A stretch of 10,836 nt of DNA. Source: Promethearchaeota archaeon (GTDB taxonomy: Archaea; Asgardarchaeota; Lokiarchaeia; Sigyniarchaeales; SOKP01). A program made the translations under genes and the position numbers. The notes under the pieces were generated by a model, which saw nothing but the letters and a program-made list of their open reading frames with translations, ran no database searches and was not told where the DNA came from. Positions 1 to 8,819 of this stretch are shown in pieces (positions within the stretch are counted from its first letter, which is position 1; each line of letters begins with the position of its first letter). The stretch is from the NCBI GenBank assembly GCA_048941285.1, contig JBHLNS010000075.1, forward strand, positions 1-10,836, written 5' to 3'.

Positions 1-255
1 TTGTTTCGACTTATTATCAGTTGGGGAAGCATAATTATCCTCTTATATGCTATTATACCACCCGATTGGTATGTTTTTACGTTTTGGATTTCAATTTGGA
101 TTATAGGTGTAATCTTGTTACCCTATATTAGATTTAAAGTGCTCACTGAAAATATCTCAATTAAGTGGAGATTTTATTCGCTTATAATATTTATCGTTTT
201 GGTTATTATTATAGGAATAATAGTAGGAATTCAATTCTATATAAATTCAGTGTGA
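1..255 (+). CDS. Small integral membrane protein (about 3 TM helices visible), probably 5'-truncated by the window edge; function unknown
   Basis: Open frame from base 1 to TGA at 253-255. Three hydrophobic Ile/Leu/Phe/Trp-rich stretches separated by short loops (PPDW, RFKVLTENISIKWR). Followed by a T8 tract. Confidence 0.7.
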   Translation: MFRLIISWGSIIILLYAIIPPDWYVFTFWISIWIIGVILLPYIRFKVLTENISIKWRFYSLIIFIVLVIIIGIIVGIQFYINSV

Positions 256-293
256 TAAAAAATTTGATCTCAAATAGATCATTACTCTACTAC

Positions 294-301
294 TTTTTTT
301 T
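294..301 (+). terminator. Oligo-T tract, putative archaeal-type terminator
   Basis: T8 run about 40 nt downstream of the stop of ORF 1..255. Confidence 0.35.
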
Positions 302-354
302 CTTAAATTAACAAATTTTTGATATCACAATTTATTTTTCGAATACGAAAAGTT

Positions 355-368
355 GAAAACTTTAAATA
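355..368 (+). promoter_or_regulatory. Putative archaeal BRE + TATA box for the ABC transporter operon
   Basis: GAAAAC followed directly by TTTAAATA, about 85 nt upstream of the ATG at 452. An SD-like GAAGTGA lies shortly before the ATG. Confidence 0.5.
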
Positions 369-451
369 TATGTTAAAATGAACTAATATTTGACAATCTA
401 AAAATAAACATACATATTAAATTAAAAAAAATTTTTGAAGTGATTATATAA

Positions 452-1864
452 ATGGAACAACTAACAAAAAGAATTTTAGCCATCGTTGTTATTGCTATTA
501 TTGGAACTGGGATAGGTGTTGGGGCTTGGTTTTTATTAGGTGCTCCAGCAGGACAAGAAAATCCGTATACTTACCCCGGATATCCTGGAACGGGAAAACC
601 ACCATTAGCAAATACTCTTAAGATTGGCCTCCTTGAACATACTGCCGTATATGGGCAATTAACATATATTGGGATGTCAATGTCCGCAGCAGAAATAAAT
701 GCTGGTGGTGGCATAGATGTCGGAGGAACTACTTATTATATAGGTATTACCATGGAAGATACAAAAGAAGCTGCATATTTATATGATGAGGCTATTGCTG
801 CTACTTTAAGAATGATAGAAAAGGATCCAGATATTGTCATTGGTGGGTTTAGATCAGAAGTCTGTGAAACCTATGTCCCATACTTAATGCAAGCAGGGAT
901 TCCTTTTATGACTACAGGATGCGCAACAACAGAATTTTGCTCAGTTAATGTAAAAAATGATATTTGGCCATACTTCTTTAGAATTATGCCCACAAGCAGT
1001 AGAAATTTAGGATTATCATTTATAAGTTGGTTAGAAGACTTTCTATTTCCAAATATGACAGGACAAGGGATTGTACTAGATGGTGCTACTATAATGTATG
1101 AAGAACTAATATGGACAATCGATTTAAAAAATATGCTTTATGATTTCTTAAATGACGCTTCAGTGGGTAATCCCATGATTCAATTAGGCTATGCCAATGT
1201 TACCTTAAAACCAATTACACCTTCTATGGGACCATTAGATTTTAGTGCTTATTGGACTGATGTATTTGGGCCAAGTGGTAATCAACTTATGTTACCCGTT
1301 ATATCTGATCCAACACTGGGAAATTATTTTGGAATGGGATATAATATAACACAGCCAAATGCTATTTGCGCAGGTATTAATGTTGCTCATCAACTTTCAG
1401 GATATTTATCATCAATAGGCGGTTGTCAATACGAAGTTTCTATGTCAGGAGCAGAAAGAGTTCCCAATGGTCCTCATTCAATCGAATTCTGGGATGCATT
1501 TTTAGCCACTACGGGAGGTTACGCCCCCGTTTATACAGCAATTGGTGCTTATGATGCAATAAAGATAATAGCCAATGCAACACACGTTGCGGGATCCACT
1601 GCGTTAGCTCCTCTTGTCGCCGGCTTAGAAACTTTTAATAGTACTAACTGGATGTTTGGGTTAGGGAGAAAACTGGCTTTTGATGAAAACCATGATGTAG
1701 TCCAGTCAGATCCTGATGCAGGTCTTTTCAGATATTCCGCTTCTTTATGGTGTCAATATAACCGAAAAGGAGTAAAGCATGTAGTCCCAAGTGGTGGAAT
1801 GTATGATGATGCGTTAATACCTAATGATAGATTCCGATGGCCCCATTGGTGGACTTTACCTTAG
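452..1864 (+). CDS. livK: ABC transporter substrate-binding protein, HAAT/LivK-like (periplasmic binding protein type 1), N-terminal membrane anchor
   Basis: N-terminal TM helix (ILAIVVIAIIGTGIGVGAWFLL) and Pro/Gly linker. Family motifs LKIGLL, EINAGGGIDVGG, EDT, PYFFRIMP, AYDAIKIIA and GxxxxFDENHD. First gene of a livHMGF cluster. Actual ligand not determinable. Confidence 0.9.
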   Translation: MEQLTKRILAIVVIAIIGTGIGVGAWFLLGAPAGQENPYTYPGYPGTGKPPLANTLKIGLLEHTAVYGQLTYIGMSMSAAEINAGGGIDVGGTTYYIGITMEDTKEAAYLYDEAIAATLRMIEKDPDIVIGGFRSEVCETYVPYLMQAGIPFMTTGCATTEFCSVNVKNDIWPYFFRIMPTSSRNLGLSFISWLEDFLFPNMTGQGIVLDGATIMYEELIWTIDLKNMLYDFLNDASVGNPMIQLGYANVTLKPITPSMGPLDFSAYWTDVFGPSGNQLMLPVISDPTLGNYFGMGYNITQPNAICAGINVAHQLSGYLSSIGGCQYEVSMSGAERVPNGPHSIEFWDAFLATTGGYAPVYTAIGAYDAIKIIANATHVAGSTALAPLVAGLETFNSTNWMFGLGRKLAFDENHDVVQSDPDAGLFRYSASLWCQYNRKGVKHVVPSGGMYDDALIPNDRFRWPHWWTLP

Positions 1865-1898
1865 TCCAAAAAGAAATTGAAAAATTTTAAATTTAATA

Positions 1899-1907
1899 TT
1901 TTTTTTT
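1899..1907 (+). terminator. T9 tract between SBP and first permease; possible partial terminator
   Basis: Run of 9 T about 35 nt after the SBP stop codon. Such tracts could raise the SBP:permease ratio (inference). Confidence 0.3.
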
Positions 1908-1963
1908 ACTTTATAATTTGGATATTATGAAAAAAATTAGAATAATATGTCGAGATATTATAT

Positions 1964-2851
1964 ATGTCATTTATTAGTATTTTAGTTTTTGGTGCTGCTT
2001 TAGGGTGTGTTTTAGCATTATTATCAGTAGGGTATTCCTTGGTATATGGTGTTGGAGGGATTATTAATCTTTCTCATGGAGCATTCTATGTTCTTACTGC
2101 TTATATCATTTTTTGGTTCATTGATGCTAATATTGTACCGTACCCCATCGCTATTCTTATAGGATTAGGCCTTATAGCTTTACTTGGCATTGTAACTTAC
2201 CTTGCATTAATTAAACCTATCCAGCATAATGAAATAGGTGTAATGATTGTAACGTTTGCTTTAGCTTTTTTAATTGAACAAGCTATCTTAGTTTATGAGG
2301 GTAGTAAACCAGAAGAAGTCCAAGATATCTCTTTAATTCCATTTGCTGAAGGTCAGGTAAATATCCTTGGAACTCAAATCGATGCCCAATATTTAGTGAT
2401 AATGATAGCAGCAGTTATTATTTTATCATGTTTAATATTATTTATAAAAAAATCCAAGTTAGGAAAATCAATTAGAGCAGTTTCACAAGATAAAGATGCC
2501 GCTAAGTTAATGGGAATTAATGTTAACTTAATTCTTATGTTTGTATTAACTTTATCAGCGGTTCTTGCAGGAATTGCATCACTTCTTTATGTATCTGTTG
2601 ATCCTATCTATCCTACTGACGGATGGGATTTCCTATTGATGTCAATGTCAGTCGTAATATTAGGTGGTTTAGGGAGTCTCCCTGGAAGCGTAATAGGCGC
2701 GTTTATTATTTCATTCTCAAGATTTATGTTCTTTTATTGGGTGGATATTCCTTATAATGTCGCTTATGCAGGAATAATCCATCTAGCAGTAATAGTTGTA
2801 ATGCTAATTTTTAGGCCTCGTGGCATCCTTGGTAAAAAAGAACGAACTTAA
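1964..2851 (+). CDS. livH: Branched-chain amino acid-type ABC transporter permease LivH
   Basis: ALLSVGYSLVYGVGGIINLSHG, SKLGKSIRAVSQDKDAAKLMGIN, VVILGGLGSLPGSVIGA and C-terminal RPRGILG motifs. Highly hydrophobic. Confidence 0.95.
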   Translation: MSFISILVFGAALGCVLALLSVGYSLVYGVGGIINLSHGAFYVLTAYIIFWFIDANIVPYPIAILIGLGLIALLGIVTYLALIKPIQHNEIGVMIVTFALAFLIEQAILVYEGSKPEEVQDISLIPFAEGQVNILGTQIDAQYLVIMIAAVIILSCLILFIKKSKLGKSIRAVSQDKDAAKLMGINVNLILMFVLTLSAVLAGIASLLYVSVDPIYPTDGWDFLLMSMSVVILGGLGSLPGSVIGAFIISFSRFMFFYWVDIPYNVAYAGIIHLAVIVVMLIFRPRGILGKKERT

Positions 2852-2909
2852 TAGAATTTGGTAAAAATTTTTGATTAAATTATTATACAAATAAAAGTTT
2901 TGAGTTAAA

Positions 2910-4073
2910 ATGGTAGAAAAGGAAAACAATGTTAATGAAGAATTGCTAACAGAAAAGGTATTAACTAGACGTCCGTTAAGTGATCCAATTAAGAGCTTTT
3001 TTAAAAAGAGATCTACACAGTCTAAAATCTTATTTACTCAAAAAATTCCATTAGCAAAGAGTGAACTTAAGTCTTGGGTTAAGTCATTTAGAGGTGGAAT
3101 AATTTTGTTAGCTTTATTTTTAGTTACCCTAATACCAATGTTAATGAACAGCATTGTATTTTACCACGTCTTTATCGTTGCAATGGTATATGCTATTTAT
3201 GGTGCTAGTTGGGATCTATTGTCAGGAGTTACAGGTCAAGTAAGTTTTGGTCATGCTGCTTATTTTGGGTTGGGCGGTTATATGTGTGCAGCTTTCGTTA
3301 CATATCTAGGATTTCATTGGCTCCCCTCAATTATCATTGGAGGCATCTTAGGCGTCCTTTTTGGTCTGATAGTCGCAATACCAAGCTTAAGATTAAAAGG
3401 ACCTTATCTGGCATTGGGATCATTAGCGTTTAGCTTATTAATATGGAGGTTATTTCAAATGGAATCTTTAAGATTCTTGTTTTTTGGTTCAGAAGGAATA
3501 AGAAATATTCCATTTTTTGAAACGGTAAGTTTAGCGGAGAAACTTCTCCTTGAATTTATTATTGCATTAGTATTTATGATTATATGCATAGTAGCGATGC
3601 TTATTATCTATAATTCAAAACTTGGTACTGTTTTCAAGGGAATACGCGATGATGAATATGCCACCGAAGCTGCTGGTATAAATGTAACAAAATACAAATT
3701 ATTTTCTTTTTGTATTAGTGCATTCTTTGCTGGAATTGCGGGATCTTTATATGCATTACACAGAGGAAATATAAAACCAGACATCTTCATGTCTCTATAT
3801 TCTTTCTATCCAATAATCATGGTTGTAGTGGGAGGAATATCAACAATTTCAGGGGCTGCATTTGGAGCTTATTTTTTTTATGTTTTAAATGAAATTATTA
3901 CTCAGGTTTGTGCGGAATTGTTACCAAGTGATCTTCAATTAATCTTTTCAAATATTGCAACACTTCTCTTTGCAATAATTTTATTAGTGGTTGTCCGTTT
4001 TACAGAACGAGGATTAATGGAACCTACTATTAAAAGAAGTAAAACCTTATGGGACCTAATAAAAGGTAAATAA
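2910..4073 (+). CDS. livM: Branched-chain amino acid-type ABC transporter permease LivM, with a charged N-terminal extension
   Basis: SWDLLSGVTGQVSFGHAAYFGLGGY, LRLKGPYLAL, GIRDDEYATEAAGINVTKYKL and MVVVGGI motifs. Confidence 0.95.
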   Translation: MVEKENNVNEELLTEKVLTRRPLSDPIKSFFKKRSTQSKILFTQKIPLAKSELKSWVKSFRGGIILLALFLVTLIPMLMNSIVFYHVFIVAMVYAIYGASWDLLSGVTGQVSFGHAAYFGLGGYMCAAFVTYLGFHWLPSIIIGGILGVLFGLIVAIPSLRLKGPYLALGSLAFSLLIWRLFQMESLRFLFFGSEGIRNIPFFETVSLAEKLLLEFIIALVFMIICIVAMLIIYNSKLGTVFKGIRDDEYATEAAGINVTKYKLFSFCISAFFAGIAGSLYALHRGNIKPDIFMSLYSFYPIIMVVVGGISTISGAAFGAYFFYVLNEIITQVCAELLPSDLQLIFSNIATLLFAIILLVVVRFTERGLMEPTIKRSKTLWDLIKGK

Positions 4074-4106
4074 GTCAGAAATTAATAAAAAGCGAGTTGA
4101 AAAATT

Positions 4107-4841
4107 ATGGGTGTGATTCTTCAAGTTAAAAATTTGACAAAAAGGTTTGGTGGGTTGACAGCGGTAAATGATGTGAGTTTTGAAATAAATCGTGGTTCTT
4201 TAGTTGGTTTAATAGGTCCAAATGGAGCAGGAAAGACCACCCTATTTAATTTAATATCTGGATTTCAAAAACCTAATACAGGAACAATATGGTTTGATGG
4301 AATAAATGTTACTAGATTTGGTCCATTCAGACGGGTGAGTCATGGTATTACAAGAACCTTTCAAATTGTTAGACCATTACGTCGGCTAACATGCTTAGAT
4401 AATGTTGTTGTAGGGTGCATGTCTCCAAGAGGAAAAGCTAGGAGTGAAGATATTGGTATAGATCAACTCGCTAGCACGATTCTTGCTTCGGTTGGACTAA
4501 TAGATAAAGCAAGAATTCCCCCAATAATCCTTCCTTTTGGAGATCTGAAAAAGCTTGAGATTGCTAGAGCTCTTGCTTCCAATCCAGAATTATTACTCCT
4601 AGACGAACCTTTTAGTGGTTTATCACATGAGGAACAAATGGTAATACTTGAATTAATTAGACAATTAAATTATGAAGGTTATACTATTATAATAGCCGGT
4701 CATGTATTACGTGAACTAATGGCATTAGTACCAAGGGTGATTGTGATGAATCAAGGTAAATTAATTGCTGATGGAGATCCAAAAGAAGTGGCTAATATTA
4801 AAATAGTAGTTGAAGCTTATTTGGGAAAAGGTGAATATTGA
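4107..4841 (+). CDS. livG: ABC transporter ATP-binding protein LivG
   Basis: [14 protein letters not shown], Walker [15 protein letters not shown]-loop, [16 protein letters not shown] signature region, Walker B LLLLDEP, C-terminal EAYLG. Confidence 0.95.
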   Translation: MGVILQVKNLTKRFGGLTAVNDVSFEINRGSLVGLIGPNGAGKTTLFNLISGFQKPNTGTIWFDGINVTRFGPFRRVSHGITRTFQIVRPLRRLTCLDNVVVGCMSPRGKARSEDIGIDQLASTILASVGLIDKARIPPIILPFGDLKKLEIARALASNPELLLLDEPFSGLSHEEQMVILELIRQLNYEGYTIIIAGHVLRELMALVPRVIVMNQGKLIADGDPKEVANIKIVVEAYLGKGEY

Positions 4842-5593
4842 TGAAATTATCAAGAAGAAAAGAAAAAAATCCTGAAGAAGTTAAAAATTTGCTTGAGATA
4901 AGAAAAGTATATCACTATTATGGAAAAGCTCGAGCACTAGAAGAAGTGAATTTATCGCTTGAAAGGCAAGCTCTTGAAGCAGTTATCGGTCCTAACGGCG
5001 CTGGAAAATCAACACTTCTCAAAGCAATATCTGGTCTAGAGGAAATTGATAGAGGAAAAATATATTTCAAGGGTGAAAGAATAGATGATATGAAAGCTCA
5101 TAAGATTGCTCGAAAAGGGATATCACAATGTCCAGAACGACGTAAACTATTTTATGATATGTCTGTTCTTGAAAATCTTGAAATGGGTGCTTATTATTTA
5201 AAGGATAGAAAACGTTTCAAAGAATTATTAAATTTTGTATTTGAAATGTTCCCTCGGTTAAAGGAAAGAAAAAGACAAAGAGCTGGAACACTAAGTGGAG
5301 GAGAACAACAAATGTTAGCAATAGGTCGAGCAATTATGGCAGATCCTACACTTCTCCTACTTGATGAACCATCATTAGGGTTAGCTCCCAAATTTAAAGA
5401 GGCAATTTTTAAATCAATTAATCAGATCAAAGAAAGCGGTACAACCACTCTATTAGTTGAACAAGATACTGCTCTTGCTTTAAATGTTGCACAATATATC
5501 CACCTACTTGAAGAGGGTAAGATTGAAATGAGAGGAACTAAAGAAGAACTTGAGAAAGAACCTCGAATTAAAAAAGTATATTTAGGGATATGA
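4841..5593 (+). CDS. livF: ABC transporter ATP-binding protein LivF
   Basis: Walker A GPNGAGKST, PERRKLF, AGTLSGGEQQMLAIGRA, LLLLDEPSLGLAP, LLVEQ, C-terminal YLG. Start placed at ATG 4841, which overlaps the livG stop (TGATG) with GGTGA upstream. The ORF track starts at TTG 4838. Confidence 0.95.
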   Translation: MKLSRRKEKNPEEVKNLLEIRKVYHYYGKARALEEVNLSLERQALEAVIGPNGAGKSTLLKAISGLEEIDRGKIYFKGERIDDMKAHKIARKGISQCPERRKLFYDMSVLENLEMGAYYLKDRKRFKELLNFVFEMFPRLKERKRQRAGTLSGGEQQMLAIGRAIMADPTLLLLDEPSLGLAPKFKEAIFKSINQIKESGTTTLLVEQDTALALNVAQYIHLLEEGKIEMRGTKEELEKEPRIKKVYLGI

Positions 5594-5626
5594 GGTGTTA
5601 AAAAAATTTCTGCTCCTTTAGAAAAT

Positions 5627-7033
5627 TTGTTGAGGGATGCTCGAGTAGATCTAGTCCTTGGTCGAGTCGAAAAAGATCCGAATGTAATTAACGAGGTAAT
5701 TGAGCATTTAGGTAGTGAGATCAGATCAATTAAGTTTAATGCTATATTGGCATTGGGAGAAATAGGAGAAAATTCAAGATCAGGTATACCCCAATTAATT
5801 GAGTGTTTAGAAGATAACGATTGGAGTATATGTCGAGAAGCTGTACGCTCATTAGGTAAAATTGGAAATGTTGCCGAAAGATCAGTATCAGAAATATCTA
5901 AATTGATCGAAAATAAAGAACCCTCAATTCGAAAAGAAGCTGTTATAACGCTTGGAAAAATAAAATTAGCAAATGAAGATTCAATTAACAGTCTAATTAA
6001 AGGTTTGAGAGATACTGAAGAGGAAGTGCGAATTCAATCTGCAGTTGCATTAGGTAAAATTGGATCCAAAGCATCTGGAGCAATTCTACCTTTAATAAAT
6101 TCTATAAAAGATCAAAGTTGGCAGGTTAGGACTGAAGCTGTGAAATCCCTTTCAAAAATAGGGATCGAAGCACAAAATGCCATACCATATTTGCTAAAAG
6201 CTCTTGGTGATAAGGATTGGAGAGTACGAAAAGCAGTAACAACTACTCTTGCTAAAATAGGAGAAAGCGCTATTGCAAGTCTTTTAAAGTATATAAAGCA
6301 TTATAATCCAATCGTTCGTAAAGGTGTAGTAGAAACGTTAGGAGAAATGAGAATTTCAACTCCAGAAGTTTTAAACGGATTATCAATCGCACTCAAAGAC
6401 AACGTAAGAAGAGTTCGTGCAAAAACTGCTGATGCATTAAGAAGTATAGGTAAAGAAGGGGTACCTATTTTAATTAATGTTCTTGAAAAATCTGATAACA
6501 AAATGCAGAGAATCATTATTTCAGCATTAGGAGGAATTGGTACAGAAGCTAAAGAAGCAATACCAATTTTGAGTAATATATTAAAATCCAAAAAAGAAGA
6601 TCTTGAATTAAGGAGAAAACGCTTATATCATGATTCCAAAATTAAATTATTTATCTTAAGTTGGATTAAACATATATCGACATCAAAAAGACAAGTTTAT
6701 GTGGAAACTGTGAGGGCATTAGGAAATATTGGCAAAGATTCAGAAGAGGCTATTTCAGCTTTGGAATACGCTTTAGTTGACTTAATATTTATTATAAGAA
6801 GGGAAGCTGCACTTGCGCTAGGAAAATTAGGTTCTACTGCTGAAGGATCAATACCGTCATTAATTAAAGCTTTAAAAGATAATAATAAACTTGTTAGATG
6901 GAGGGCTTCTGAAGCACTAGGCTTAATTGGAGTAGGAACTGAAGAAGTTATAACATCACTTCAAGGATTACTACATGACAAATGCGATTATGTATGCGAA
7001 GCAGCTATTGATGCTATTGATAAAATAAAATAA
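5627..7033 (+). CDS. HEAT-repeat (PBS lyase HEAT-like) solenoid protein, about 13 repeats, no obvious catalytic domain
   Basis: Recurrent LxxxLxDxxxxVRxxAxxALGxIG units (e.g. LIKGLRDTEEEVRIQSAVALGKIG, LIKALKDNNKLVRWRASEALGLIG). True start may be ATT at 5606 (see findings). Confidence 0.9.
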   Translation: MLRDARVDLVLGRVEKDPNVINEVIEHLGSEIRSIKFNAILALGEIGENSRSGIPQLIECLEDNDWSICREAVRSLGKIGNVAERSVSEISKLIENKEPSIRKEAVITLGKIKLANEDSINSLIKGLRDTEEEVRIQSAVALGKIGSKASGAILPLINSIKDQSWQVRTEAVKSLSKIGIEAQNAIPYLLKALGDKDWRVRKAVTTTLAKIGESAIASLLKYIKHYNPIVRKGVVETLGEMRISTPEVLNGLSIALKDNVRRVRAKTADALRSIGKEGVPILINVLEKSDNKMQRIIISALGGIGTEAKEAIPILSNILKSKKEDLELRRKRLYHDSKIKLFILSWIKHISTSKRQVYVETVRALGNIGKDSEEAISALEYALVDLIFIIRREAALALGKLGSTAEGSIPSLIKALKDNNKLVRWRASEALGLIGVGTEEVITSLQGLLHDKCDYVCEAAIDAIDKIK

Positions 7034-7114
7034 CGATAATTTTTAAAAATTAATGTATTTCTTAAAGTATTATTAGTTATATATTAAATTAAACTATAAA
7101 AGGAAAAGAAAGAA

Positions 7115-8812
7115 ATGAGTGAAGATTTTTATAACGCAAAACCATGGCTGAAATTTTATGATAAGGGGGTTCCTTATGAGATTGATTATCCAGAAATTAA
7201 TATTTATGAGTTTCTTGATAACAGCGCTAAAGAATTTGGAAGTAAAACCGCTATTTGGTTCTTAGAACACAAGATTACATTTAAAAAGTTTAAAGAATAT
7301 GCCGATAGACTAGCAACGGCGCTTGTGAACCTAGGAGTTAAGAAAGGTGATGTAGTTGCAATTATGTTACCGAATTTTCCTCAATTTCCAATTAGTTTTT
7401 ATGGAATACAAAAAGCAGGGGGAATAGTAACAGCTTGTAGTGTACTTCACACAGAGCATGAGTTAGCTTATCAATTAAATGATTCTGGTGCAGAAATTAT
7501 TATAGCTTGGGATACCCAATTAGAAAAAATTAACAATATAAGAGAAAGAACACGTCTCAGACACATTATTATTACTAATGTATTTGATTTTGCTCCAATG
7601 GCAAATCCATTAGGACAAAGAGAACCTCCAGAAATTGCTGGAACTATTCAACTACTTAACTTAATTAACAAAACCAAGCCAAATCCTCCAAAAATTGAGA
7701 CAAACGCAAAAGAAGATATAGCAATACTCCAATATACAGGTGGAACAACTGGTCTACCTAAAGGAGCAAAACTTACACATTATAATTTAGTATCTAATTG
7801 CATTCAAATAGATGTATGGCTAGAAAACATCATAACGCGAGGCAAAGATACAGCTCTTACAACTTTACCACTATTTCATATCTATGGAATGCAAGCTTGC
7901 ATGAATGCTTTAATAAGGAATGGTTTAACCATTGCTTTACATCCTGATCCTCGAGACCAAAAAGGTTTATTCGAAGTAATTAAAGCAACACATCCTGGTA
8001 TGTTTCCTGGTGTGCCAACAATGTACATGCGTTTATTAGAACGTGATGATCTTGAAGATTATGCTAAAGATCTTAGAGCTATTAAAGTTTGCAATTCAGG
8101 TGCAGCACCTATGCCGCCTGAGGTAATGAAGGAGTTTGAGGATAGAACAGGAGCGATAGTAATTGAAGGATATGGAATGACTGAAGCTTCTTGTGCAACT
8201 CACATTAATCCTATAAAGTCTATAAGGAAAATTGGTTCCGTAGGATTAGCATTACCGGATACAGAGGTTAAAATTGTAAATATTGATGATTACACTAAGA
8301 TTGTCCCTCAAGGAGAAGCAGGTGAAATTTTAATTAAAGGTCCACAAATTATGAAAGGTTATTGGAACAAACCAGAAGAAACTGAAAATCAACTGAAAGA
8401 GGGATGGCTATTAACTGGTGATATTGGCAAAATGGATGAAGATGGTTATTTATACATAGTAGATCGAAAGAAAGATATGATAATTGTAAGCGGATTCAAG
8501 GTGTATCCAAGGGAGCTTGAAGACGTGTTGTTTGAGTATGATGCTATAGAAAATGTTGCTATTATTGGGATTCCGGATCCTAATACACCTGGTAGTGAAA
8601 AAATAAAAGCATACATTGTCTTAAAGGATGGATATCGTGAGACAGATGAAACGAAAAATGAGATAAAAGAATTCCTCCGAAAAAATGTAGCTCCTTATAA
8701 AATCCCCAAATTCATTGAATTTAGAAAAGAACTCCCTGAAACTTTAGTAGGTAAAGTTCTTCGCAAGGATTTAAAAGACATTGAAGCTAGAAAACGGGGA
8801 GAAGAAGTATAA
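7115..8812 (+). CDS. fadD: Long-chain-fatty-acid--CoA ligase / acyl-CoA synthetase (ANL superfamily, FadD-like)
   Basis: AMP-binding P-loop LQYTGGTTGLPKG, LPLFHIYG, EGYGMTEAS, TGDIGKMDEDGYLYIVDRKKDMII, and the catalytic Lys motif LPETLVGKVLR. Confidence 0.92.
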   Translation: MSEDFYNAKPWLKFYDKGVPYEIDYPEINIYEFLDNSAKEFGSKTAIWFLEHKITFKKFKEYADRLATALVNLGVKKGDVVAIMLPNFPQFPISFYGIQKAGGIVTACSVLHTEHELAYQLNDSGAEIIIAWDTQLEKINNIRERTRLRHIIITNVFDFAPMANPLGQREPPEIAGTIQLLNLINKTKPNPPKIETNAKEDIAILQYTGGTTGLPKGAKLTHYNLVSNCIQIDVWLENIITRGKDTALTTLPLFHIYGMQACMNALIRNGLTIALHPDPRDQKGLFEVIKATHPGMFPGVPTMYMRLLERDDLEDYAKDLRAIKVCNSGAAPMPPEVMKEFEDRTGAIVIEGYGMTEASCATHINPIKSIRKIGSVGLALPDTEVKIVNIDDYTKIVPQGEAGEILIKGPQIMKGYWNKPEETENQLKEGWLLTGDIGKMDEDGYLYIVDRKKDMIIVSGFKVYPRELEDVLFEYDAIENVAIIGIPDPNTPGSEKIKAYIVLKDGYRETDETKNEIKEFLRKNVAPYKIPKFIEFRKELPETLVGKVLRKDLKDIEARKRGEEV

Positions 8813-8819
8813 TTTTTAA

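Noticed and set aside
262-280. Short overlapping inverted repeats (ATTTGA-TC-TCAAAT; GATCT-N5-AGATC)
   Set aside because: Arms of only 5-6 bp, too weak to call.
3209-3433. 74-aa + strand ORF in the track
   Set aside because: Alternate frame entirely inside livM, with no recognisable motif.
3608-3790. 60-aa - strand ORF
   Set aside because: Antisense shadow of livM.
5194-5391. 65-aa - strand ORF
   Set aside because: Antisense to the conserved signature/Walker B region of livF.
5591-5593. livF and the HEAT gene share a reading frame separated by a single TGA, suggesting read-through or selenocysteine fusion
   Set aside because: LivF ends at its canonical YLG terminus, an SD-like motif overlaps the stop, same-frame adjacency has about a 1-in-3 chance, and I saw no SECIS-like hairpin.
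6301-6591. 96-aa - strand ORF
   Set aside because: Antisense shadow of the HEAT-repeat gene.
5627-7033. HEAT protein as deoxyhypusine hydroxylase or phycobilin lyase
   Set aside because: No repeated His-Glu metal-binding motifs and no phycobiliprotein context.
7037-7052. 16-bp palindrome TAATTTTTAAAAATTA upstream of the ligase
   Set aside because: Composed only of A/T in a very AT-rich spacer. Likely chance or simply a TATA element.
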